Below, piece by piece: positions 45,971 through 54,809 of a DNA stretch of 64,000 nt (position 1 is the stretch's first letter; every line of letters starts with the position of its first letter). The position numbers were made by a program, and so were the translations under genes. Below the pieces are notes generated by a model, which saw only the letters and a program-made list of their open reading frames with translations, did not search any database and had not been told where the DNA came from. The DNA comes from an uncultured Phycisphaerales bacterium (GTDB taxonomy: Bacteria; Planctomycetota; B15-G4; CAYZWU01): positions 91,066 to 155,065 of the forward strand of contig CAZIUL010000005.1 of the NCBI GenBank assembly GCA_964542475.1, written 5' to 3'.

Positions 45971-48100
45971 TTGTATCGAGGGCATACCATGGACTCTTTC
46001 CAGCTTGGTTTCGAAGAGGGAAAAAAACTGCTAGAACCGTACGGGATCCCGATCCTCGGACAAGTTGCAGCGTCAAGGGATGAAGCTCTGGCTGCCGCGG
46101 GCGAGCTGGGTTACCCGGTGGCGCTCAAATCCGTGTCCGAGAAGATCATCCACAAGACCGACGTTGGAGTGGTGTTTCTCGATCTCGTGAACGAGGCCGC
46201 TGCAGGGGATGCCTACGACAAGATCGTAGACAACGCGAGGCGGGCGGGCGCAGGCGAGCTGGACGGCGTTCTTGTGCAGAAGATGGCCAAATCGGGCTTT
46301 GAGCTGCTCGTGGGCGCCAAGCAGGACGCATGTTTCGGCACAGTGACCATGGTGGGTCACGGCGGCCGTTTCGTGGAGCTGTTCGAGGACGTGGCGCCCG
46401 GAGTCGGAGTTCTCACTCGCGAAGATGTGCTCCGCATGCTCTCGCACACAATGGCCGGCAGGATACTCGATGGCTTCCGCGGCCCGCCGCTTGACATGGA
46501 AGCGGTCGTCAGCCTTGCAATAAACGTATCCAGGTTCATGGATGAAAATCCTGAAATCCACGAGCTGGACCTGAACCCGGTCCTCGTGTACGAAAGCGGT
46601 TTCGCTGTTGTGGACGCCCGCCTGATCAAAGGCGATGCCGTTGAGTCCGCCCGCTGCACCGACCTTTCCGAAACACGCATGAAGAGCCTCGACTCGGTGT
46701 TCAACCCCGGATCCGTAGCTGTTGTCGGGGCATCCAGGCACGGCACGATCGGGGGGATCATCCTCAAAAACTCGAGCCGGGTCAAAAAGCTCTATCCCAT
46801 AAATCCGCGGTACAAGGAGCTGCTCAAAAGGCCGTGCTATCCGTCTTTGTCCAGCCTTACGGAAACCCCTGATGTGGGGGTCTTCGTGACAGGCGCGGAG
46901 AACGCGGTGAAGAGCTTCGAGGATTTCTGCGAAGCCGGAGGCAAGGGCGCGATCATCGTGAGCGACGGGTTTGCCGAGATCGGCAGGAGCGACCTCGAAG
47001 AGGAGCTCAAACGGATAAGCGTCAAGCACGATGTCGTGTATATCGGGCCCAACTGCCTCGGCGTGATCGACAACTTCTCCGGGCTGAACACGCTTTTTAT
47101 CCCGGAGCAGAGAACAGCCTCGCTTCGAGAACCGTGCGGGTTGGGGATTATTTCCCAGAGCGGCGGGATCGGTCTCGAGTTTCTGGAGATGCTGGAAGCT
47201 GACAACCTTTCGGTCGGCAGATGGATTTCCTGCGGGAACGCGAGCGGCGTGGACCTGGCCGAGATCTTGGCCCACATGGGTGACGATGACCGGATCGATA
47301 CGATAGCCCTGTACCTGGAAGGCATCAAGAACGGTCTCGGTTTCATGGAGGTTGGAAAGAGGGTGAGCCGCGGGAAGCCGGTGATCGTGATCAAGGGCGG
47401 GGTCGGCGGGGGGGCCGCAGCCACGATGTCGCACACCGCATCGCTCGCCGGGAGCTTCCAGGCGTTCAAGGCGTGCTGCGACCAGGCCGGTTTTTTTCTG
47501 GTCGAGGAGCTGACAGAGGATCCGAAGATCCTGATCAACATCATATCCATTCTCTCAACACAGCCCAGAGCCAATGGGAACCGCGTGGCGGTTGTCAGCG
47601 TGGGCGGAGGAGCTGCAATACTTCTCGCGGACCAGGTCACCGAGGAGGGAATGGAGCTTGCCGAGTTCGAGCCGGACACGGTGAAGAGTTTCCAGGGGCT
47701 ACTGGGTGCGAAAGCCAAAGAAGCATCGCCAGCAGAGAGGGATCGGATCATTGCGCGGCTCGGCAACAACCCGGTGGATCTTTTCGGCGAGTGCGATGAC
47801 GAGCGCCTGCTCGAGGCGATCAGAATCCTGGACCGGGATCCGAACACCGATATCATCCTCGTGGGACTTTACCTTCAGGTGCCGTACCTGTCCGAGTACC
47901 TCACGGAGCGTCTCGTGGACCTGAACCTGGAAATTACAAAACCGCTGATAATCTCGCCGCGCGGGTTCTCAAAGCACGTGCTCAGATCCCGGGAGTACCT
48001 CTACTCCAAGGATTTCCAAACCTACACGGTTCCCATGGTAAAGCCGTTAGCCATCGCCACAAAGATATGGCAGAGGTACGAGACCGATTTCACGCGGTAG
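45971..48100 (+). CDS. NDP-forming acyl-CoA synthetase, fused beta-alpha (ATP-grasp domain followed by CoA-binding/ligase domains; ACD/succinyl-CoA-synthetase-like)
   Basis: ATP-grasp N-half (ALKSVSEKIIHKTDVGVV). CoA-binding SVAVVGAS. The phospho-His region is in the C-half (GHTASLAG-like MSHTASLAG). Confidence 0.8.
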   Translation: MYRGHTMDSFQLGFEEGKKLLEPYGIPILGQVAASRDEALAAAGELGYPVALKSVSEKIIHKTDVGVVFLDLVNEAAAGDAYDKIVDNARRAGAGELDGVLVQKMAKSGFELLVGAKQDACFGTVTMVGHGGRFVELFEDVAPGVGVLTREDVLRMLSHTMAGRILDGFRGPPLDMEAVVSLAINVSRFMDENPEIHELDLNPVLVYESGFAVVDARLIKGDAVESARCTDLSETRMKSLDSVFNPGSVAVVGASRHGTIGGIILKNSSRVKKLYPINPRYKELLKRPCYPSLSSLTETPDVGVFVTGAENAVKSFEDFCEAGGKGAIIVSDGFAEIGRSDLEEELKRISVKHDVVYIGPNCLGVIDNFSGLNTLFIPEQRTASLREPCGLGIISQSGGIGLEFLEMLEADNLSVGRWISCGNASGVDLAEILAHMGDDDRIDTIALYLEGIKNGLGFMEVGKRVSRGKPVIVIKGGVGGGAAATMSHTASLAGSFQAFKACCDQAGFFLVEELTEDPKILINIISILSTQPRANGNRVAVVSVGGGAAILLADQVTEEGMELAEFEPDTVKSFQGLLGAKAKEASPAERDRIIARLGNNPVDLFGECDDERLLEAIRILDRDPNTDIILVGLYLQVPYLSEYLTERLVDLNLEITKPLIISPRGFSKHVLRSREYLYSKDFQTYTVPMVKPLAIATKIWQRYETDFTR

Positions 48101-48175
48101 GTGCGGTTCGCGAACTGCCCGGTTCATGCCAGGTTCCAGCCGGGCTCTTCTCTCCCGAAAGCTTGACCCCTCTCT

Positions 48176-48208
48176 GCCGCAGCAGAAGAGTATGAAATAA
48201 GCGGGCTA
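48176..48208 (-). repeat. Family A 3'-end element, copy 4 (truncated; contains the TAG stop of the gene at 48206..48991)
   Basis: GCCGCAGCAGAAGAGTATGAAATAAGCGGGCTA. Confidence 0.65.
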
Positions 48209-48991
48209 CAGCCCCAGCGCTTTGATCTCCTGTTCGAAACGGGAAGGGTTTATCTCCAGAAGCCAGCCTTCGCCGTATGAATCCTGGAGTACTTCTTCAG
48301 GATCCGCGAGCACCTTTTCGTTCACCTTTACCACGCTGCCGGAGAGAGGGGACCAGATCACGTGCGACCTCAGGTCCGCTGTGAACAGCTGCAGGCACAT
48401 GCTTCCCTGGCGGAGTTCGTCGCCGACCGAGGGCATGTCCACGGTCAGTACCTTGCCGATCATGAGAAGGAACGGGCGTTCAACCCCGATGAGCACGTTG
48501 CCGCTCTTCCGGCGCATCATCCAGGTGTGCCCGCCGATTCCATTGAACGCGTTGGCCGGCTTCCGCTCGCCTCTTCCGATGAACTCTTCGGGTTCAGCCG
48601 CTGTCCCGGCTCCTTCCCCGCCAACGAGCTGGGCCGCGCGTTTCACAACCCCCCTCAGCTCCGACTTGGTGAACGGCTTGGAAACATAGTCGAACGCGCC
48701 GAGCTGCATGGCCTGGAGCGCGGTGTTGATGGTGGCGTACCCCGTGACCATGATGATGGGGATCCCTGCATGCTTCGACTTGACCTCCTTCATGAGCTCC
48801 AGCCCGTCCATATCAGGCATCATCAGATCCGTCAGGATGATATGAACCGTTTCCTTTTTCAGGATTTTGAGCGCGTCCTCGGCGGACAGCACCTTGAACA
48901 CTTTGTCCGTGTCCTGTCTCAGGTGCCTCTCAGCGCTGTCGAGCACGATCTGTTCGTCGTCAACCACTAAAATGTTCAATTCTGTTTCCAT
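48206..48991 (-). CDS. Response regulator: CheY-like receiver fused to a GcvH-like (glycine-cleavage H / lipoyl-domain fold) C-terminal domain that lacks the lipoyl-lysine
   Basis: Receiver: VVDDE…D(54)LMMPDMDG…K. C-terminal SPLSGSVVKVNEKVLADPEEVLQDSYGEGWLLEI matches the GcvH C-terminus, but the ESVKA lipoylation site is replaced by TADLRS. Confidence 0.8.
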   Translation of the reverse strand: METELNILVVDDEQIVLDSAERHLRQDTDKVFKVLSAEDALKILKKETVHIILTDLMMPDMDGLELMKEVKSKHAGIPIIMVTGYATINTALQAMQLGAFDYVSKPFTKSELRGVVKRAAQLVGGEGAGTAAEPEEFIGRGERKPANAFNGIGGHTWMMRRKSGNVLIGVERPFLLMIGKVLTVDMPSVGDELRQGSMCLQLFTADLRSHVIWSPLSGSVVKVNEKVLADPEEVLQDSYGEGWLLEINPSRFEQEIKALGL

Positions 48992-49051
48992 AGCTCGACT
49001 CCATGGTTTTATTTTCTATTTCTCGTAGATCCTTTGTCGGCCGCTACCGGT

Positions 49052-50881
49052 CTACCGGGCCGGCGGCAGAACGATCCGGAAGATCGCTCCTTCGTTTTCC
49101 GCAGTGTCCACTTCTATCACGCCGCGATGGCGTTCCACTATACCCCAACTCACGGCCAGCCCAAGCCCGCTCGTCTCCTTGGAAGAAAAAAACGGTTCGA
49201 AAATTTTGTCGATCATGTTCTCCGGGATGCCGGGGCCGGTGTCCTCCACCGAGATGACGCACTTGTTCTGATTGCGATCGTATTCGGTTTTCAACGTAAT
49301 CGTGCCTTTTTCCTTCATCGCATCCAGGGCGTTCAGCATGAGGTTCAAAACCACCTGCTGAAGCTGGGATGGATCTGCACGGATGAGCGGCAGCTCCTCG
49401 GCTTTTTTCATCTCAAGAGTAACGTTTTTGAACCTGGGCAGCTTTTCCACCAGTGAAAGAGTTTTATCCACAATGCTGTTCGCATCCGTTTTTTCAAACC
49501 TGGGTGTTTCCTGTTTCGCGAAATCCAGCAGGTTCCGCACGATGTCTCTGCAGCGCAGGGTTTCCCTGATGATGACTTTGACATCATTGTGAAGGTCGCT
49601 GTCTTCGGGAACCTCCTCAAGGATGCTTTCGGCAAAGGCGAGCACCCCTGTCAGGGGGTTGTTGATCTCGTGAGCCACACCGGCTGCGAGCTTGCCCACT
49701 GCGGCGAGCTTGGTGGACTGGACCAGCTTGTCCTGGAGCTGCTTCTTCACTGTGACATCGCGAGCAATTGTACACACCCCCGTGGCTTTGCCCTTGTAGT
49801 CCGGCAGGGGAAACCGCACAGTGTTGAAGTGCCGGTTCTGTTCGTTGATCTGGAAGGTCTCCTCGTATGTGCGGTGAACGTTTTTTTTCATTACCTCCCG
49901 GTCGTTGCGGTCCACGATCATGGCGACTCCCTCGGGCAGGACCTCCTCGACCTTTTTTCCAATGAAATCCTTTTTCTCGAGGCCGTATGCTTTGGCAATG
50001 GTCTTGTTTACCACCAGGTAGCGCCCTTCCAGATCCTTGATGCAGATGTGATCCATGGCTGCGTCGATGAACCGCCTGAAACGTTCCTCCGCGCGCTCGA
50101 TTTCGCGCCGAAGCATGACCCGCTCGGTTATGCGGTGCCATGTTTCTATGACCGCCTCGATGTCGCCCCGCTCGTTCTTGATGGGAGTCTGCGTTACCTC
50201 CCAGAAAGATTCCGCCGGTGATATGCTTTGGTGTACGCTGCTCAACGGTTTACCCGATGCAAACACCTTGTCGAGGTTGCAGGCCGCGTACAGGCAGTCG
50301 ATTGCAAGGTTCGTGCTCTGGAACAGCTCGAAACATTGCTTGCCGATGGCGTCTTTCTGGGGGATGCCCGTGTATTCCGTGAACCTTGCGTTTGTCCGTA
50401 TCACCTTTCTCTCTTTGTTCAGCACCATGACAAGGTCAGGGATGCTGTCGAACAGGCTTTGGATGTACAGCTGCTCCTTCTCGACCTCCTGCTTCAGCTC
50501 GGTCTTTTCCGCAAGCCTTCGTTCCTGTTCCGCCTGGGCGTTTGCCAGGTCCCAGAAGATGTGAGCGAACGTGTGGTCAATGAGCTTGGCACCGCGCGGG
50601 AGGTTCTGAATTATCTTGTCCAGCACGGCGTTGCTGCCTGTGAGCTCGATTATGAGCTCTATGTCCGGAATGGAAAGGGCCGCGGCCATGTCGTTCGTAG
50701 TCTTCATGCCGTGCGATTTCGCATAGGCAAGCCCGGGCGCGTCATGATCGAGGTCCATCACGCAGATGACATCCAGGATCATTTCTTTGAGAAAAGCTCC
50801 CCTGGCAAGATCAAGGATGGCCTGGCAGCCTTTTCCTCCGCCTATGATAACGGTTTTCATGCGAGCGAGTTCCCCAACCAA
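49052..50881 (-). CDS. Cytoplasmic sensor histidine kinase: N-terminal Rossmann-like domain, two PAS domains, HisKA, HATPase
   Basis: N-terminus VIIGGGKGCQAIL. H-box AAGVAHEINNPL. G-boxes DTGPGIP…GLGL. The likely start is MKTVIIGG at about 50860. Adjacent and co-oriented with the response regulator. Confidence 0.85.
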   Translation of the reverse strand: MVGELARMKTVIIGGGKGCQAILDLARGAFLKEMILDVICVMDLDHDAPGLAYAKSHGMKTTNDMAAALSIPDIELIIELTGSNAVLDKIIQNLPRGAKLIDHTFAHIFWDLANAQAEQERRLAEKTELKQEVEKEQLYIQSLFDSIPDLVMVLNKERKVIRTNARFTEYTGIPQKDAIGKQCFELFQSTNLAIDCLYAACNLDKVFASGKPLSSVHQSISPAESFWEVTQTPIKNERGDIEAVIETWHRITERVMLRREIERAEERFRRFIDAAMDHICIKDLEGRYLVVNKTIAKAYGLEKKDFIGKKVEEVLPEGVAMIVDRNDREVMKKNVHRTYEETFQINEQNRHFNTVRFPLPDYKGKATGVCTIARDVTVKKQLQDKLVQSTKLAAVGKLAAGVAHEINNPLTGVLAFAESILEEVPEDSDLHNDVKVIIRETLRCRDIVRNLLDFAKQETPRFEKTDANSIVDKTLSLVEKLPRFKNVTLEMKKAEELPLIRADPSQLQQVVLNLMLNALDAMKEKGTITLKTEYDRNQNKCVISVEDTGPGIPENMIDKIFEPFFSSKETSGLGLAVSWGIVERHRGVIEVDTAENEGAIFRIVLPPAR

Positions 50882-51168
50882 TGAACTGTTTATGCGGCCC
50901 GCTTGGCCAGGTGCTTTACCTGAGCAGATCAGAGTCTAACGTCTGGGAAATTCCGTGTCCAGCATCTCGTCGTACTCATTTGTGAACCGGGAGAGGCTGC
51001 TGTAAAACGCTTTGGGCTTGATAGTGAAATGGAGCAGCAGCGCCTCGAGCTTTGGCGGAATATTTTGAAAGCTCTTTTGAATCGTTCATCCGCTTTGTTC
51101 TCCGGCACAGGGGGTTTCGCGTGTATAATGCGTGCCGTAATCGATCAAACTGAGGAGCTTCGGATAAA

Positions 51169-51378
51169 GTGAAGCGCGGAAACAAGCAAAAAAGAAGAAA
51201 AAAGCGCGAAAAAAAGCCACAGCTTTGCTGCTGCTGCCGGCAAAGCTATTCTTTTTGCTGGGCATGCCCGTGCGGTTTCCTGATATGCCAGGCCTGCCTG
51301 GACGAGAACCTCTGGGGCATGACCTGCAACAATGTGACATGGACATGTCCTGATTGCGGGCAGGCCCGGTCCTTTTGA
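51169..51378 (+). CDS. Small, highly Cys-rich basic protein (69 aa, 13 Cys; Zn-ribbon/treble-clef-like). Hypothetical.
   Basis: GTG start preceded by GAGGAG (11-nt spacer), with TATAAT at 51124-51129. Sequence KRGNKQKRRKKREKK then CCCC…CWAC…CQAC…CPDC. Confidence 0.3.
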   Translation: MKRGNKQKRRKKREKKPQLCCCCRQSYSFCWACPCGFLICQACLDENLWGMTCNNVTWTCPDCGQARSF

Positions 51379-51393
51379 GTCGGCAACCCTTTT

Positions 51394-51517
51394 TCCTGGA
51401 GGTCGGCAGTCCCTTGTAGCGTGTGTTCATTACCGGCGCCGACGGAGCGGCGCCCTCCATTGTTTAACCGACGCATTCACTTTATCCTGGAGGGCGGCAG
51501 TCCCTTGCCGCCTCTTT
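51394..51517. repeat. Family D GC-rich structured repeat, copy 1
   Basis: …CCGGCGCCGACGGAGCGGCGCCCTCCATTGTTTAACCG…CTGGAGGGCGGCAGTCCCTTGCCGCCTCTT. Stems: GGCGCCG/CGGCGCC and GGGCGGC/GCCGCC. Confidence 0.75.
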
Positions 51518-51558
51518 TCTTCCCTGAACCCAGAACGCCTTAACCGCATTATTACCGA

Positions 51559-51948
51559 CTAATGATAGTCATGTGTCTGCTGCACCACCTTCACGCCTGT
51601 TTTGTTTTCTATGTACTTCGCCATGTCGTCCGCGCTGGCGTAGGGGCATTCCGGCATGGCTTTCACCATGCAGGTGCTCATGTACACCGCATCAGGCTTG
51701 GTTTCGGACTGTTTTATGTTCAGCCCAATGTTCGGCGGGGTGGAGCGCCCGGGGCACTGGCACCTTACGAAACCGATGACGCGTGCTTCCTCGTCGAAGT
51801 TGCCTTCGCCGAGCGCGGCCGCTTTCAGGCAGCGCCACTCTCCGGGGCAGCCGTAGCCCGAGTCCATGTAAGCTCCGCATCCGACTACTATCACGTTTTT
51901 CATCTGTTTATCCTTGGTTTGATTGAAAGAGCCTGCTGCTTTGCTCAA
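51559..51948 (-). CDS. CGGC-domain protein (Cys-rich, redox/Fe-S-like)
   Basis: VVGCGAYMDSGYGCPGEWRC…CQCPG…CPYA. The likely start is MKNVIVVG at about 51900. Confidence 0.65.
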   Translation of the reverse strand: MSKAAGSFNQTKDKQMKNVIVVGCGAYMDSGYGCPGEWRCLKAAALGEGNFDEEARVIGFVRCQCPGRSTPPNIGLNIKQSETKPDAVYMSTCMVKAMPECPYASADDMAKYIENKTGVKVVQQTHDYH

Positions 51949-51977
51949 CGAAAAACGAGCTGTCGGCCCAGTCTGAT

Positions 51978-52556
51978 TTATTTGGTAAGAAACCGATCCA
52001 GGACCTTCTTCGATTGCGCTTCCACTGTTTCGTGGATGCTGTTTCCATGGGTGTCCATGGTCACGATCACGGGGAACTCCTTCGCTTGTACGACCCAGAA
52101 CGCTTCAGGGGTTCCGAGCTCTTCAAGCAGGTGGACATCGAGCACCTCCTCTATTGCCACTGCTGTAGAGGTCCCGCAGCCGCCCACCGCATGGAAGTAA
52201 ACAGCGCCGAGCCTTTGGCACGCTTCCATGGTCTTTTTCCCCATGCCGCCCTTGCCGATCACGCCGCGCACACCGTAGCTTTCGATGACCTTTGCCTGGT
52301 ACGGCTCTTCGCGTATGCTCGTGGTGGGGCCGGCGGCAACGAAAGACCACTTGCCGTCCTCGTTCTTTACAACCGGGCCGCAGTGATAGATCACGCCTTG
52401 GGCGAGAAGGTCGTCCAAGAAGTCCGGGCGCTCTTCAACCATCAGCTTGTGAGCAGCGTCGCGTGCGGTCACCATGACGCCGGAGAGAAGCACCGTGTCC
52501 CCTACCTTCAGGGATCTGATTTTTTCATCGGATATGGGAATGTCTATTTTAATCAT
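51978..52556 (-). CDS. fumB: Class I (Fe-S) fumarate hydratase, beta subunit (C-terminal domain type)
   Basis: Fe-S hydro-lyase beta fold (…GPTTSIREEPY…GKGGMG…). Overlaps the alpha subunit gene by 8 nt. Confidence 0.85.
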   Translation of the reverse strand: MIKIDIPISDEKIRSLKVGDTVLLSGVMVTARDAAHKLMVEERPDFLDDLLAQGVIYHCGPVVKNEDGKWSFVAAGPTTSIREEPYQAKVIESYGVRGVIGKGGMGKKTMEACQRLGAVYFHAVGGCGTSTAVAIEEVLDVHLLEELGTPEAFWVVQAKEFPVIVTMDTHGNSIHETVEAQSKKVLDRFLTK

Positions 52557-53421
52557 AGCTGGCTTCTCCGTTTTTACACGTCATTGTTTTCCGCCTGCAT
52601 GCCCAGCACATGTAGGAGACCGAAACATAGAAGGTGGCGGGATGGCGGTGTTGCTTGGCAGCAAAAACGTTGAGCACCGTGGTTTTTCCGCCGAACCCCA
52701 TGGGACCTATTCCAAGCTCGTTGAGCTCGGTCAACAGCCTGTTTTCGAGATTTGCCAGGTCGGGATCCAGGTTGACCGAGTCGAACTTCCGGAAGAACTG
52801 CTCCTTGCCGAGCATGTATGAGGTAGTGCGGTCGCCCCCGATGCCGACGCCGATAATGCCCGGGCTGCACCCTTTGCCCTGGGCCTTGAACACGGCGTCG
52901 AGCACACACCTCCTGACACCGTCGAGATCGCGTCCCGCGCCCAGCGCCGCGTCGGGAAGCTTGTACTGGGCGCTCACGTTTTCGCTGCCCCCTCCCTTTT
53001 GCATGAGCTTGACCAGGGTCTGGTCCTTGTCCCATTGTTTGAACGAGACATAGGGCGTGTTGACGCCTACGTTGTTCCCCGTGTTTTTGCCTGTGACAGG
53101 GTCAACCGCGTTCGGCCTGAGCAACAGATCCTTTGTGGCCCTTTCTGCCGCGGCCTCCACGGCCTTCCGGAACATGACGGTGTCGGTTCCCTGTGGATGA
53201 TACACGTAAAGTATGAGCGATCCCGTGTCCTGACAGATGGGAGTCACCGCTTCTCTGGCCATCTCGACGTTGTCAAGTATTGCCTGGAAGGTGTTGGCCG
53301 GCGTGGATCCGGCCTCCTCCTTTGCCAGGGCTTCCTGCAGCGCGGCTTCCACATCGTGTGACAGGTCGGTGCTCGAACTTTTTATCAGGTGATAAAGCTG
53401 GTTGACAACTGTTTCGTTCAT
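52549..53421 (-). CDS. fumA: Class I (Fe-S) fumarate hydratase, alpha subunit
   Basis: Conserved CQDTGS Fe-S ligand region and catalytic-domain blocks. Gene pair arrangement as in two-subunit class I fumarases. Confidence 0.85.
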   Translation of the reverse strand: MNETVVNQLYHLIKSSSTDLSHDVEAALQEALAKEEAGSTPANTFQAILDNVEMAREAVTPICQDTGSLILYVYHPQGTDTVMFRKAVEAAAERATKDLLLRPNAVDPVTGKNTGNNVGVNTPYVSFKQWDKDQTLVKLMQKGGGSENVSAQYKLPDAALGAGRDLDGVRRCVLDAVFKAQGKGCSPGIIGVGIGGDRTTSYMLGKEQFFRKFDSVNLDPDLANLENRLLTELNELGIGPMGFGGKTTVLNVFAAKQHRHPATFYVSVSYMCWACRRKTMTCKNGEASYD

Positions 53422-53630
53422 GACACTCCTCTCTGTAAACGCCGGTTATCGTTGACAGCAGCCATTCTATTGAATCTCGACACTTCTTTCCTCAATGTAA
53501 TAAGGTTTGTTTCGATTTTTTCCCGTGTATAATTCACGGTTTTCAATCGGTTGCGCGCGAAGCGTTTTTTTGTGTGTGTGAGGACACCCCCTTCGTTTAT
53601 TGAAGGGAACACGTTGTTCGAGGAGGCATC

Positions 53631-54809
53631 ATGATACGCGAGAAGATTGAGCAGACCTACGGCATTCTTGACGAGATGAACATCGACATGTGGATGATAT
53701 TCGCACGCGAAAGCGCGGTCATCTCAGACCCGGCTATCGAGCTCGTGGTCGGCACCGAGTGCACGTGGCAGTCAGCGTTCGTTTACACGCGGGACAGGAA
53801 ATCGTACGCAATCGTGGGCAACCTGGACGAGGCGAGGTTCAAGGGCCTCGGGGTCTTCGACGACGTTCGCTCGTACGTGACCGGAATCAAGGAGACGCTG
53901 CTGGACCTGTTCAAGACGCTGAACCCGTCCAGGTTCGCGCTCAACATATCAAAGAACGACTACATGGCGGATGGGCTCACATACGGAATGTTCCAGCTCT
54001 TGCAGCAGCATCTCGCGGGTACCGAGTGGGCAGACCGCTGGGTTCCATCCGAGAAGATCGTCGCGGCGTTGCGCGGCCGCAAGTCGTCCACGGAGCAGGA
54101 GCGCATACGCAAGGCCGTTGAGATGACCGAGGAGATCTACTCGAAAGTCACCGGTTTTTTGAAGCCCGGCAGGACCGAGAAGGAGGTGGCCGCGTTCATC
54201 CTGAAACAGGTGGACGAAGCAGGGATCGAGACGGCATGGAACCGCTCCGAATGCCCCGCGGTGTTCACCGGCCCCGAATCCGCGGGCGCGCACTGCGGGC
54301 CCACGGACAGGCCCATGGAGCCGGGGCACATCATGAACATCGACTTCGGCGTCAAAATCGAAGGGTTCTGTTCGGATATCCAGCGGACCTGGTACTTCCT
54401 GAAGGAGGGTGAGAAGGAGGCTCCCGATACCGTGAAGAAGGCGTTTCAGACCATCGTGGATTCCATACGGACGGGCGCTGAAAAGATCCGGCCCGGCATG
54501 ACAGGGCTCGAAGTGGACACCATCGTGCGAAGCTTCATAACGGACAGCGGCTATCCCGAGTACCCGCATGCAACAGGCCACCAGGTCGGCCGCTCGGCGC
54601 ATGACGGGGCCGCGACCCTTGCGCCGGAGTGGGAGCGGTACGGCGAGATCCCGCACATGAAGATGGAAGAAGGGCAGGTCTACACCATAGAGCCGCGCAT
54701 CCCGGTAGAGGCCCACGGCGTGGCCACATCCGAGGAGATCATCGTTGTGACGAAGGATGGCGGAAAGTTCCTGTCCCACCCGCAGACCGAGCTGTTTTAT
54801 GTCGGATAG
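53631..54809 (+). CDS. M24-family metallopeptidase (Xaa-Pro aminopeptidase/creatinase-like)
   Basis: Pita-bread fold metal ligands D…D…H…E…E (NIDFGVKIEGFCSDIQRT…HATGHQVGRS…YTIEP…). Confidence 0.8.
   Translation: MIREKIEQTYGILDEMNIDMWMIFARESAVISDPAIELVVGTECTWQSAFVYTRDRKSYAIVGNLDEARFKGLGVFDDVRSYVTGIKETLLDLFKTLNPSRFALNISKNDYMADGLTYGMFQLLQQHLAGTEWADRWVPSEKIVAALRGRKSSTEQERIRKAVEMTEEIYSKVTGFLKPGRTEKEVAAFILKQVDEAGIETAWNRSECPAVFTGPESAGAHCGPTDRPMEPGHIMNIDFGVKIEGFCSDIQRTWYFLKEGEKEAPDTVKKAFQTIVDSIRTGAEKIRPGMTGLEVDTIVRSFITDSGYPEYPHATGHQVGRSAHDGAATLAPEWERYGEIPHMKMEEGQVYTIEPRIPVEAHGVATSEEIIVVTKDGGKFLSHPQTELFYVG

Noticed and set aside
50976-51460. Overlapping minus-strand ORFs 50976..51185 and 51086..51460
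   Set aside because: They are mutually overlapping, lack ribosome-binding sites and lie antisense to the better-supported small Cys-rich ORF and its promoter. They are likely non-coding.
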